DNA of 64,000 bases, taken from an uncultured Chloroflexia bacterium. Its GTDB lineage: Bacteria > Chloroflexota > Dehalococcoidia > DSTF01 > JALHUB01. Every line of letters begins with the position of its first letter. The first letter of the stretch is position 1. Below are positions 54,176 to 64,000 of this stretch, piece after piece. Under the pieces are notes generated by a model, which saw only the letters and a program-made list of their open reading frames with translations, was not told the origin of the DNA and searched no databases. A program made the position numbers and the translations under genes. The stretch is from the NCBI GenBank assembly GCA_963726245.1, contig CAVSBT010000030.1:168295-232294 (forward strand). Direction: 5' to 3'.

Positions 54176-54632
54176 TCTCGCCCGGCTCGCTGGCCTTCCC
54201 ACCGCGCCGCCAGAGGTCCTGGAAGTTCTCGCCCCGGATAGCCCGCCCGATCTCCTCGCGCTCCGAGGTGAGCAGTTCTTCCAGGCAGGCCTTCACCTGG
54301 CGCATCAGTTCGGGGTTACCCGCCTCGGCAAAGCGGCTCGCGATGTGGTCCCAGACGCCCAGGCGCAGCAGGCTGCTCACGTACTTGGGCCAGGGGATGA
54401 TGGTGATGCTCTCCGGCCTGGGGAATCGAGGCCGCAACTGCTTCAGGCTCCGGAATCGCTCCTCGGGCGTGGCCACCATGGGCACAACCTTGATCATGGG
54501 GCCGTCCAGGTCGGAGCGCCGGCTATCGATGAGAAGGGCCTTACGGAGGAAGGGGAAGTAGAGCGACGCCACCTCCGCCGTTTCGAGGTTGCGCTTTACC
54601 TCTGCGAGGTCAATGCGGAAGTCAGAGTCCAT
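54168..54632 (-). CDS. Conserved hypothetical protein
   Basis: Coherent 154-aa ORF with host-like codon use (SLYFPFLRKALLID...LRPRFPRP). Confidence 0.7.
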   Translation of the reverse strand: MDSDFRIDLAEVKRNLETAEVASLYFPFLRKALLIDSRRSDLDGPMIKVVPMVATPEERFRSLKQLRPRFPRPESITIIPWPKYVSSLLRLGVWDHIASRFAEAGNPELMRQVKACLEELLTSEREEIGRAIRGENFQDLWRRGGKASEPGERT

Positions 54633-54878
54633 AGATCGCGGGGGACACCCCCCGCACCCCCCAGTACAAGGAACCGCCCGGCCTGCCGCCGGCAGGCAGG
54701 CCCGCCCAGTCTTCCCTATCGAGGGGGCTGCGCCCCCTCGATCTCCCCCCAGATAGGATACCTCTGATAGACCTAAGTGGGCTACGCTGCCTCGACCCGC
54801 CTGCGGACGGGCAGGAGGCTCACAACGAGCGGAATCCAGAACCGCTCACCCTGAGCGTCTAGACGGGCGAGCGGCCGG
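54633..54878. repeat. Mosaic of short palindromic repeats
   Basis: GGGGACACCCC, CCTGCCGCCGGCAGGCAGG, ATCGAGGGGGCTGCGCCCCCTCGAT and GAGCGG..CCGCTCACCCTGAGC. Confidence 0.6.
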
Positions 54879-56142
54879 CTACGCCTTGTCGGCGTCCACG
54901 ATGCGCAGGAAGCGGTGCTTGCCCACGCGGATCACCATGCCGGGCTGGAACAGTACGCTGAAGTCCCCGATCGGTTCGCCGTCTACGTCGATGGCGCCCT
55001 GCTTCATCAGGCGGCGCGCCTCGCCCTTGCTCGGGACCAGGCCGCTGGTCAAGGAGAAGGGCCATGAGGTCGTTCCCATAGCTCGGCCAGGCTGGAAACC
55101 GGCACTTGCTGTCCGAGAGTCGACTTCCGCTCCGGCAGCGTGGCTGTCTGCCGAGAGCCTTGCCTTTCCCTGAATGACGTGAGTAGAACCGCTCCTCCGC
55201 CTCCTCCGCCGCCTCCGGGCTGTGGTACTGGCCGACGATCTCGCGGGCCAGGCGCTTCTTCAGCTCCATGGGGTTGACGGAGCGCTCCTGGAGCTGGCGG
55301 CGCACCTCCTCCACCTCCTCGGCCGGGACGCGCGTCACCAGCGTGAAGTAGTCGACGATCAGGTGGTCAGGCAGCGACATCACCTTGCCGTACATCTCGT
55401 CCGGCGGGTCGGTGAGCGCGATGTGGTTGCCCTGCGTCTTCGACATGCGCAGGCGGCCGTCGGTGCCCACCAGGATGGGGACGCAGACGGCGATTTGCCC
55501 CCGCTGGCCAAAGGCGCGCTGGAGGGTGCGGCCGGCCATGATGTTGAAGAGCTGGTCGGTGCCGCCGACCTGCACGTCGCAGCGGAGGGAGACGGCGTCG
55601 TAGCCCTGCATGAGGGCGTAGAAGAACTCGTGCAGGTAGATAGGGTCGCCCCGCTCGCGACGGAGGGCGAAGTTCTCGCGCTGCAGGAACTGGCCCACCG
55701 TGAAGTTGGAGGCGATCTGAATGAGGTCGGCGAACGTGAGCTTGCCCAGCCAGTTGGCGTTGTAGTCGATGATCGTGCGCTCGGGGTCCAGGACCTTGAA
55801 GGCCTGCTCGGTGTAGGTGCGGGCGTTGGCCTCCAGTTCCTCGGGCGTCAGGATGGGACGGCGGCTGTCCTTGTCGCTGGGGTCGCCGACCAGGCCGGTG
55901 AAGTTGCCGATGAGGAACACGGTCTCGTGGCCGAGGTCCTGGAACTGCCGCAGCTTGTACATGGGGACGGTGTGGCCCAGCGTGAGGTCCGGCGCCGATG
56001 GGTCCACCCCCAGGTAGACGCGAAGGGGGCGGCCCTCCTGCAGAAGCTGCCGCAGCTCCCGGTCCATGGTGGCGCCGAGCTGCTCGTCGCCGTACTCGAC
56101 GCCGCGCATGAGGAGACGCATCTGTTCATCGACGGGTAACAT
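54879..56142 (-). CDS. tyrS: Tyrosine--tRNA ligase (frameshift(s) in the linker 55050-55190)
   Basis: YLGVDPSAPDLTLGH, GGTDQLFN and RMSKT; S4 domain SKGEARRL.KQG in another frame. Confidence 0.95.
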
Positions 56143-56150
56143 GGCGCTCC

Positions 56151-57081
56151 TCAGCCCTCTCCAAGAGCCGCCTCGGCAGCGGCGACATCGCGTTGTATCT
56201 GGGTCCGCAGCTCCTCGGCGCTGGCGAAGCGCCTCTCCGGGCGCAGGCGCTCGACCAGATCGATGCGCAGATCGTGACCGTAGAAGTCGTTCTCCTGGTA
56301 GTCCAGCAGGTACACCTCGATGGTACGCTCGCCCTTGTCGAAGGTGGGCCGGCGGCCGATGTTGGTCACCGCCTTGTAGCGCGCCTCCCCCAGATAGGCC
56401 CGACTCACGTACACGCCGAAGGGGGGCACAGCGTGGTCGGCGCCGACAGCGATGTTGGCGGTGGGGAAGCCGATGCTCTTACCGCGGCGCGCTCCCTCCA
56501 CGACGGGCCCTCGCAGGGAGAACGGTCTCCCCAGGAGCGCCGCCACCCGCCGCATGTCGCCCTCGGCCAGAGCGGAGCGGACGGCTGTGGAGCTGACCAC
56601 CAGGTCGCCCTCTGTCAAGGCCTCCGGCACCTCCAGTTGGTAGCCCATCTCGCGCCCCAGCTCGGCCAGGACGGCCACGGTGCCCTCGCGGCCGCGGCCC
56701 AGGGCGTGGTCCGGGCCCTCCAGCATGAACCTGACGCGGAGCTCCTCCACGAGAAGCTGCACGAAGTCGCGGGCCGGGAGCTGGGCGAGCTCCGACGTGA
56801 AGGTCACCGGCGCTACGAAGTCGACGCCGGCGTCTCGCAGCAGCTCGATCCGCTCCTCCAGGCTGCACAGGTAGGCCGCCGGCCTCTCCGGGTGCAGCAC
56901 CTGGATGGGCGCCGGGTGGAGAGTGACGACGCCGCTCGCCAGACCGAGGGCGCGGGCCCGCTCCTGGAGACGGTCCAGGAGGTAAAGGTGCCCGCGGTGC
57001 ACGCCGTCGAAGACCCCGATGGTAACGGCTGTCTCCGACGCCGGGCGCCGCTCGAGCCAGCTCCTCCCGAGCCAGGATCAC
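56151..57081 (-). CDS. ribF: Riboflavin kinase/FAD synthetase (frameshift near 57040)
   Basis: IGVFDGVHRGH, VSSTAVR, GFPTAN and NIGRRPTF. Confidence 0.95.
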
Positions 57082-57136
57082 GGCTTTGCCTCGTTTTTCC
57101 TAGGGCCTCGCGTCTGCCGGAATCCGACTCCACATC

Positions 57137-58118
57137 CTACAGTGCGCCTTTGACCGCCCGCAGGTTGGCTTCGGGCGTCTGGGGGGGAATGGAGCAGCCC
57201 GGCGCCAGCAGGAAGCGCCGTCCCCCCGTGTCCGAGAGGGCCTGTCGCACCTCCGCCGCCACCTCGTCCGGCGTGCCCTTCGCCACGGTCGCGACGCTCA
57301 CGCCGCCCATGACGGCGCATTCGCTGCGGGCTAGGCCCTCCTTGAGAGAGGGGTTGCCGGGCTCGCCGGCGCGCCCAGTTGATGGCGTGCACCGGGTAGT
57401 CCGACAGCAGGTCGAACATGTTGCGAGGCCGGCAGACGTGGAGAACGTTCATCTCCGCCCCTTGCACGGCCTCCAGCACCCGCAGGTCGTACGGGCGGCC
57501 GAACTCCTGGTACTGCTCGGCCGTTGCGTTGTCATAGGTGGCCCATTCCACCGTGGCGAAGAAGATGCCGCTGGCGCCGGCCTCCATACAGGCCCGGCTG
57601 TAAGCGGCCAGCGACCCAGCCACGGCGGCGAGGGCGCTGTGGAGGGCCTGCGGCGTCTCCTCCATGTAGCGGCGGACGGCCTCGAGGTCGCGCTTGGCGA
57701 GGTGCCCGATTACGGCCAGAGGCGAGAAGACGGTCTGGATGAAGGGAGCCTCTCCCCCCAGACCGCGGCCGATCAGCCGCAGGGCCTCCAACTGCTCGGC
57801 AAAGGGGCCCGCGCCGATGTCGACCGGCCTGATGGCGCCCAGGTCGGACGCGGACTTGAGGACGTAGTCGACCACCTCCGGACCTCTGGTCTCGCTGCCG
57901 GAGGGTCGATAGCGGCACCCCCAGGCCTCGCCGTAGTAGGTGGCCCGGGGGTTCACCTTCATGTAGTCCCAGTCGTAGTGGCGGAAGCTCTCCAGCATGG
58001 CGTCGGCGAGCCCCTGAGGGGTCCACTCCCGAAGAAAGTCATGGCCCCAGAAGCTGACCGGTACCCGGTCGACGGGCTGGCCAGACAGGGCCGCTATCAC
58101 CCTCTCACGCTTGTTCAT
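57137..58118 (-). CDS. Uroporphyrinogen decarboxylase family protein (frameshift near 57370)
   Basis: DRVPVSFWGH, QTVFSP and LHVC; C-terminal LAPGCSIP...NLRAV in another frame. Confidence 0.85.
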
Positions 58119-58251
58119 AGGCTGGGAAGTTCGCCGAAAACGAGAGAGAGGGGGAATTCCCCCTCCCGTTGTCTGGGGTTTCAGATACTGGCATACTAAC
58201 ACAGCCCCGAAGCAGGTTCAAGGCGGGCCTGCGGGGCCAGCGAAGAGGCCC

Positions 58252-58659
58252 ATGCCTAGCAGCTACTGGCGTCGCTGGTCGCCGCCCCTGCTCTGGGCGA
58301 CGGCCATCTTCTACCTCTCGTCCCAGTCCCGCCCGCTGGGGCGGCGCTGGCCGCCTCTGCCCTCCGCCGTGGCCCACGTGTTCGAGTTCGCCGTGCTGGC
58401 GGCCCTCCTGCATCGAGCCCTGGCCGCCGACCCGCGACGACGGGAACGGGCGGCCGCGCGGGCCTTCGCTCTCACCGCCCTCTACGCCGCCAGCGACGAG
58501 GTGCACCAGATCTTCGTGCCGGAGCGGACGGCCACCCCGACCGAGTACGCGCTCGACCTGCTGGGCGCGTCGCTGGGCCTGGGCCTAAGCCACTGGTGGG
58601 CCCGAGCGACCAGCCACCATTCCGGCAGCGACGCCCAAGCATCGCAGGCTCCACAATAG
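58252..58659 (+). CDS. VanZ family membrane protein
   Basis: IFYLSSQ, AHVFEFAVL and YAASDEVHQIFVPERT. Confidence 0.88.
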   Translation: MPSSYWRRWSPPLLWATAIFYLSSQSRPLGRRWPPLPSAVAHVFEFAVLAALLHRALAADPRRRERAAARAFALTALYAASDEVHQIFVPERTATPTEYALDLLGASLGLGLSHWWARATSHHSGSDAQASQAPQ

Positions 58660-58725
58660 GTGGGGCATCCACACTGGTCATTAGAGCGCTTGGCCTAGCC
58701 CGGCACGTTCTGCTATACTAGAATG

Positions 58726-59313
58726 GTGAACGGGTCAATCTTCGACGCCATCAATGACCTGGCGGGGCAGAATATTGTGGCGGACGACTTGGCGAAGGCG
58801 GCCGCGCGATATCTGGTCATTGCCATAGCAGCCGCGGTGGCGTTCTACTGGTTCGTCGGGCGAGGCAAGCAGCGGGCTGAGAACCAGGCGATGGTGGTGG
58901 GAGCGATGGCAGCCGCCGTACTAGGGCTGGCGATGGCCTCTCTCATCCAGCACTTCTACATCCACCCTCGCCCCTTCATGGACCGCAACGACGTCATCCT
59001 CCTCATCAACCACAGCCCCGACCCGTCATTGCCGTCCGAGCACGCCGTTGCTGCGTTCAGCGTGGCCGGCGCCGCTCTCTGGTCGCGGCGTTTCATATCG
59101 GCGGCAGTCCTGCTGGCGGCGGCGCTCGTTCTGGGCTTCGCCCGCATCTACACCGGCCTTCACTACCCAGCCGACGTAGCGGTAGCGGCTGGGGTCGGTC
59201 TGCTGGTAAGCTTCGTCGTTGTCCGTCTCGCTGGACCGCTCATCATGCAACTGAGAGCGGCCGTGGTCCGCATCCTGCCCCGCACAGTGCGGACGGTCTT
59301 GCTGCTGGACTGA
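58726..59313 (+). CDS. PAP2 family undecaprenyl-diphosphatase (BcrC-like)
   Basis: HPRPF, SLPSEH and ARIYTGLHYPAD; start could be ATG 58723 or leaderless GTG 58726. Confidence 0.88.
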   Translation: MNGSIFDAINDLAGQNIVADDLAKAAARYLVIAIAAAVAFYWFVGRGKQRAENQAMVVGAMAAAVLGLAMASLIQHFYIHPRPFMDRNDVILLINHSPDPSLPSEHAVAAFSVAGAALWSRRFISAAVLLAAALVLGFARIYTGLHYPADVAVAAGVGLLVSFVVVRLAGPLIMQLRAAVVRILPRTVRTVLLLD

Positions 59314-59363
59314 AGCGGGAACAGACTGCAGCGCCCTTTGCTCCGGCGCCGCCAGCAAAGCGG

Positions 59364-60121
59364 CTACGGCCCGGTTGACGCCTCTTCCAACGCCACCAGG
59401 CGAATGTCACCGAAGAGCTCCGATTGCTCCGCCCGCAGGCGGCTGGACTTCATGAGCTCCAGCACAGCCAGGAACGACACCACCACCTCCAGCCGCGAGC
59501 GGCAGGCCGACACCAGTTGCCGGAAGCTGATCTGCCCGCTCCCCACCAGCGCGGCGAGGATCTCCTCCACCTTGTCCCGGACGCTTACCCTCTGCCTGTC
59601 GATGGTGCCGGCCTCCTCCTCGAGCGGCAGCCGTTGCAGGGCCTCACGGAAGATGCGGCTCAGCTTGCGAAGCGTGACGCGTTCCAGCCCCAGTGAAAAC
59701 GGCACATCGGGCGCTATGCCCAGTCGGGGGTAGGACCGCAGCCCCTGGTCCTCCCGCTCGCGCAGCGCCGAGGCCGCCTCCTTGAAGCGGCGGTACTCGA
59801 TGAGCAGCCGCGCGAGCTCCTCTCCAATGTCCTCCTCCTCGCCCTCCTCAGGCGCGCCGGGCTCCTGAGGCAGGAGGGCCCGCGACTTGAGCAGCAGCAG
59901 CTTCGCGCCAATAGCCACGAAATCAGCCAGCACGTCCATGTTGGTCTCTTCCAGCGAGTGCACATAGGACAGGTACTGGTCCGTGACCTGCACGAGGGAC
60001 ACAGTGGTTATGTCGAGTTCCTCCTTCTCCAGCAGGTGGAGCAGGAGATTGAGGGGGCCCTCGAAGACCGGCAGCCTAAGTCTCGAACACGTTGCGAGTC
60101 GAAGGGGCCGCCGGCGTGCAT
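59364..60121 (-). CDS. scpA: Segregation and condensation protein A (frameshift near 60085)
   Basis: FEGPLNLLLHL, KSRALLP and SFLAVLELMK. Confidence 0.92.
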
Positions 60122-60155
60122 GTCGACGGCCCCTTCCCTTGTTTCCTTTGCCCGG

Positions 60156-61199
60156 TTAGGGCTTGGCCTTGGAAGCCGACGGCTTGGCCAGAGGGCGGCC
60201 CAGGGCTTCGCCCACCGCCTTCGCCCGCTCCATGAGCAGGCGGAAGTTTTCGAACGTCAGCGACTCGGCCCCGTCCGAGAGCGCACGGTCCGGGTTGGGG
60301 TGCACCTCCAGCATGAGACCGTCGGCGCCGGCGGCGATGGAGGCCATGGCCATGGGCTCCACCAGATACCACTTCCCGGTCCCGTGGCTGGGATCGGAGA
60401 TAACAGGCAGGTGGCAGAGACGCTTCGCCAGGGGGATAGCGCTCAAGTCCATCGTGTTGCGGGTTGCCGTTTCGAAGGTGCGGATGCCCCGCTCGCAGAG
60501 GATCACCTCACGGTTTCCCTTAGAGATGATGTACTCGGCGGAGAGGAGCCAGTCCTGCACTGTGGAGGCAAAGCCCCGCTTGAGGAGGACGGGTTTGCCC
60601 ACCCGGCCCACCTCCTCTAGAAGGAAGAAGTTCTGGACGTTGCGGGCGCCGATTTGGAGGATGTCGGCGTAGCGCGCCACCAACTCCACGTCGCGCACCG
60701 CCATCACCTCCGTGACGATGGGCAGCCCCGTCTCCTCGCGGGCCGCCTTCAAGATTCGAAGTCCCTTCTCCTCCAGGCCCCGAAAGGTGTAGGGCGACGT
60801 CCGCGGCTTGAAGGCCCCGCCGCGCAGAACGTGAGCGCCGGCGGCCTTCACCGCCCGCGCCGTGGCCATCAGTTGCTCTTCTGACTCCACGGCGCATGGC
60901 CCGGCCATGACCACCGTCTGGCCGCCCCCAATCACCACGTCTCCTACCCTGATCTCGGTGCTCTGGGGCTTGAACTCCCGGCTCGCCAGCTTGTAGGGCT
61001 TGCTGATGGGGACGATGTCGTCGACGCCGGGCATCGTTTCCAGGTCATCGGCCAGCTCCGGATAGACCTGGCCCACGACTCCCACCACCGTGCGCTCCAT
61101 GCCCACGATCGTATGGCCGGAGAGACCAATCTCCTCCAGCCGCTCGAGGATGCCGCTCAGCTCCTCCTCGGTGTAACCTTTTCTCATTATGACCATCAT
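60156..61199 (-). CDS. aroF: DAHP synthase (class I-beta)
   Basis: AGPCAVES, RGGAFKPRTSPY, QIGARN and DPSHGTG. Confidence 0.96.
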   Translation of the reverse strand: MMVIMRKGYTEEELSGILERLEEIGLSGHTIVGMERTVVGVVGQVYPELADDLETMPGVDDIVPISKPYKLASREFKPQSTEIRVGDVVIGGGQTVVMAGPCAVESEEQLMATARAVKAAGAHVLRGGAFKPRTSPYTFRGLEEKGLRILKAAREETGLPIVTEVMAVRDVELVARYADILQIGARNVQNFFLLEEVGRVGKPVLLKRGFASTVQDWLLSAEYIISKGNREVILCERGIRTFETATRNTMDLSAIPLAKRLCHLPVISDPSHGTGKWYLVEPMAMASIAAGADGLMLEVHPNPDRALSDGAESLTFENFRLLMERAKAVGEALGRPLAKPSASKAKP

Positions 61200-61223
61200 C
61201 GGGTTATGTCCTCCCCGTTATCA

Positions 61224-61604
61224 TCAGAAAGCGGTCTTGTCTGGTCGCAGCACCCGCGCGCCCCGCAGGTAGACGTGCACTATCTCTTCGGCCCTCTTCT
61301 CCGTGTTGACCAGGAGGAGAATGCGGAGGCACATGGGCAGACTGCCGGGCACGTCCATCTCATGGGCGCACAGGAGGGCTACGTCGTTCCAGCCCATCTC
61401 GCGGGCGGCCAGAGCGGGGAAGTCGGCGTTCAGGTCCCGGGAGGTCGTGAAGAACACGCTTGCCACCTCGCCGGGTTCGACGCCGTTCGCCAGGACCATC
61501 TGCGACAGCAGTTCCGTGGTCGCCTGGAAGATGGCTTCCCTGGTGTTGGCGTCAACGGTGGTTGCGCCGCGGATGCCCCGGCAGCGCATGCCCTCCGAGC
61601 TCAC
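61224..61604 (-). CDS. aroH: Chorismate mutase, AroH type
   Basis: RGIRGATTV, FPALAAR and YLRGARVLRPD. Confidence 0.95.
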   Translation of the reverse strand: MSSEGMRCRGIRGATTVDANTREAIFQATTELLSQMVLANGVEPGEVASVFFTTSRDLNADFPALAAREMGWNDVALLCAHEMDVPGSLPMCLRILLLVNTEKRAEEIVHVYLRGARVLRPDKTAF

Positions 61605-61701
61605 CGCGCTCTACGCCCGTGAGCCGGCCGGACGGGCGGTCAGGAAGGAACCGGCCGCAGGAGCACACGCAGGGTCGAGCAGGCGGGACGGCTGCTGCAG
61701 C

Positions 61702-62518
61702 CTACCCCGCATCACGACCCCCGGCGGCCCCACGACGGCCGGAGAGCACCTCCACATATGCCTTTACCCTCGCTTCCCGCTCCCGGGCGGGCGAAGCCTC
61801 GATGACGTCGATGAGGGCGCTGCCCACGACGGCGACCTCGGCGATTCGCCCCACAGCCTCCACGTGCTCGCGGCGCGAGATGCCGAATCCTACCGCCAGA
61901 GGCAGCGTCGTCTGCCGACGCACCCCCTCGACGAAGGCGGGGAGCTCAGGGGGCAGGGACGAGCGAGCCCCTGTCACCCCTGCAACGCTAACGCAGTATA
62001 TGAACCCTGACGCCTGGCTCGCCACCAGGGCCACCCGCTCCGCCGTCGAGGTCGGCGCCAGCAGGTACACCAGGTCCAGGCCCCTCGCCCGGCAGCCCTC
62101 CTGCAGGGTGCTCGCTTCCTCCGGCGGCAGGTCAACGACGATGAGGCCGTCTACTCCCGCCGCCGCAGCGTCGGCAGCGAAGACCTCCGGACCGTAGGCC
62201 AGGATTGGGTTGTAGTATCCCATAAGGAGCACCGGAACCTCAAGCCCCCGCGCCCTCAAAGCCCGCACCGCCTCCAGGCAGGCGGACATGGTCACCCCAT
62301 GCTGCAGGGCGGCGAAGTTGGCCCGCTGTATGGTGGCGCCGTCGGCCAGAGGGTCGCTGAAGGGCACCCCCAGCTCCAGCATGTCGGCGCCGCCATCGAC
62401 TAGGGCTTACCAGCCCCGGCAGGGCGGCCGGCTCCGGGTAGCCGATGGTCAGGAAGGGGGCCAGGGCTGTCCGCCCCTGCTCCCGCGTCGCTGCCAGCGC
62501 CGGACCGATGCGACTCAT
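61702..62518 (-). CDS. trpA: Tryptophan synthase alpha chain (frameshift near 62400)
   Basis: [25 protein letters not shown] and VGFGIS. Confidence 0.95.
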
Positions 62519-62537
62519 GTCGAACCACCGCTCTGCA

Positions 62538-63262
62538 CTATAGACCGTGAGCGCGATGAAGCTCACCAGGTTGAAGACGAGGTGAGCGGTGACGTTCGTC
62601 CAGAGCGTCCCCGTCCGGCTGTACGACCAGGCGAAGAGCATGCCGACCAGTGTCAGGGGCAGCAAGCCCCCGGGGTTGAGATGCGCCACCGAGAACATGA
62701 GGCCGCTGGCCAGCGCCGCCCAGAAGAAGCCGTAGCGCCGCAACCCTCCGAAGACGAAGCCCCGGAAGAAGGTCTCCTCGGCGAGGGGCGCCACGAGCAC
62801 CGTCGCCACGCCGACCAGCGGCAGCACCAGCCGCTGCTCGAAGAGCTTCTCGGGCACGTTCGTGCCGGGCACGAGGGCATCCAGGCCCAGGAGCTGCACG
62901 ATGGCGGCGTAGGTGGAGACTGTCACCTGCGCTGCCACGGCCGTTGCCACGCCCAGCCACAACTGATTCATGCTCGGAGTTCTCAGACCCAGCGCGTGCC
63001 ACGAAAGGTGGTGGCGCACCACCGAGAAGAAGGCAGCCGAGCCGAAGAGCGCGCCGTCAAAGAGAAGCGTGGCGAAGAGGCCGGCCGTCAGCACAGCCGG
63101 GTCGTCGCTGTTGCCCACGACCAGCGCCACGGGCGTGACTATGAGATTAACCAGGGCGAAGCCCATCCCAAGGGCCAGCGCGATGGCGAAGACGATGTCG
63201 CGCGGGCCCCAGGCTACGGCCTCGGGCGGCGGCAAGGAAGGTTGTTCTGCCTCAGCCAGCAC
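62538..63262 (-). CDS. CPBP (CAAX protease-like) intramembrane metalloprotease; 3' end uncertain
   Basis: EETFFRG, FSVAH and AHLVFN motifs. Confidence 0.88.
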
Positions 63263-63318
63263 GTCGTTCCTCGATGGAGAGTCTCCTCAAAGTAGCATGG
63301 GGCTCTAGCTAGCGGCAA

Positions 63319-64000
63319 TCAAGACCGGGGACCGCCCTCCAGGGCCTGGGCCACGATCTCCATGTCCTTGTCACCACGACCGGAGAGGCAGACGAGGATG
63401 ATGGCCTCGGGTGGCAGCTCGGCGGCCAGCTTGGAGACGTAGTAGAGGGCGTGGGACGGCTCCAGGGCGGGGATGATGCCTTCCGCCTCGCTCAGAAGGC
63501 GGAAGCCCTCCAGCGCCTCCCGATCGCCGACGGCGACGTAGCGGGCGCGCTCGCTGGTCTTGTAGAAGGCGTGCTCCGGTCCCACGCCGGGGTAGTCGAG
63601 GCCGGGCGCCAGGCTGTGGGTCTCTAGCACCTGGCCGGCCTCGTCCTGGAGGAGGTAGGAGAGGGCGCCATGCAGGACGCCGGGCCGCCCTCGGACGAGG
63701 CTGGCGGCGTGCCGGCCGCTGTCCAGCCCCTCGCCGGCCGCCTCCACGCCCACGAACTCGACGGGGTCGGCATAGAAGGGGTGGAAGAGGCCGATGGCGT
63801 TGCTGCCGCCGCCCACGCAGGCGACCGCGTATTCGGGCAGGCGGCCTGTGGCGGCCAGGAGCTGCTCGCGGGCCTCCCGCCCGATGACTGACTGGAAGTC
63901 GCGCACCATCACCGGGTAGGGGTGCGGGCCGACCACGCTGCCCAGCAAGTAGTACGTGTCTCGGACGTTCGTCACCCAGTCGCGCAACGCCTCGTTGATG
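63319..64000 (-). CDS. trpB: Tryptophan synthase beta chain (5' part outside window)
   Basis: [30 protein letters not shown] and LSGRGDKD. Confidence 0.97.
   Translation of the reverse strand, partial: INEALRDWVTNVRDTYYLLGSVVGPHPYPVMVRDFQSVIGREAREQLLAATGRLPEYAVACVGGGSNAIGLFHPFYADPVEFVGVEAAGEGLDSGRHAASLVRGRPGVLHGALSYLLQDEAGQVLETHSLAPGLDYPGVGPEHAFYKTSERARYVAVGDREALEGFRLLSEAEGIIPALEPSHALYYVSKLAAELPPEAIILVCLSGRGDKDMEIVAQALEGGPRS

Noticed and set aside
55050-55190. Recoding event or insertion in the tyrS linker
   Set aside because: No slippery or stimulatory signal; best explained by a variable linker plus sequencing indels.
61605-61701. Attenuator or T-box before aroH-aroF
   Set aside because: No aromatic-codon leader peptide, T-box motif or U-tailed terminator.

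Overview
A high-GC bacterial chromosomal segment whose gene content and protein style point to Chloroflexota, probably class Dehalococcoidia (inference). It holds about 55 protein genes. Housekeeping genes include uvrA, prfB, nfi, folD, acpS, nnr, recJ, fusA, tyrS, ribF, scpA, aroF, aroH, trpA and trpB. Metabolic genes include a split archaeal-type glutamate synthase operon, acs, two acyl-CoA dehydrogenases and an AbfD-like dehydratase. There are three c-di-GMP signalling genes and one tRNA-Gly(TCC). Many conserved genes carry 1-nt frameshifts that look like long-read indel errors; only the prfB shift has a programmed-frameshift signature. Most notable non-obvious structure: (i) a ~5.8-kb integrase-less island upstream of tRNA-Gly, bounded by a decayed copy of the tRNA 5' half, carrying an orphan DGQHR/DndB-like gene with an operator-like repeat over its promoter plus DUF3892; (ii) a RAYT transposase with a family of GTAG REP palindromes that supply stop codons, sit inside uvrA and bracket single-gene cassettes, one with a visible duplication of the DUF763 3' end; (iii) a candidate pseudoknotted leader RNA before an AbfD homolog lacking a catalytic glutamate; (iv) an SOS-box promoter for an amidohydrolase-DUF763 unit; (v) heptamer inverted-repeat arrays and nested palindromic repeats. 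No CRISPR array or rRNA was seen. All family assignments come from motif recognition by eye, not database searches.
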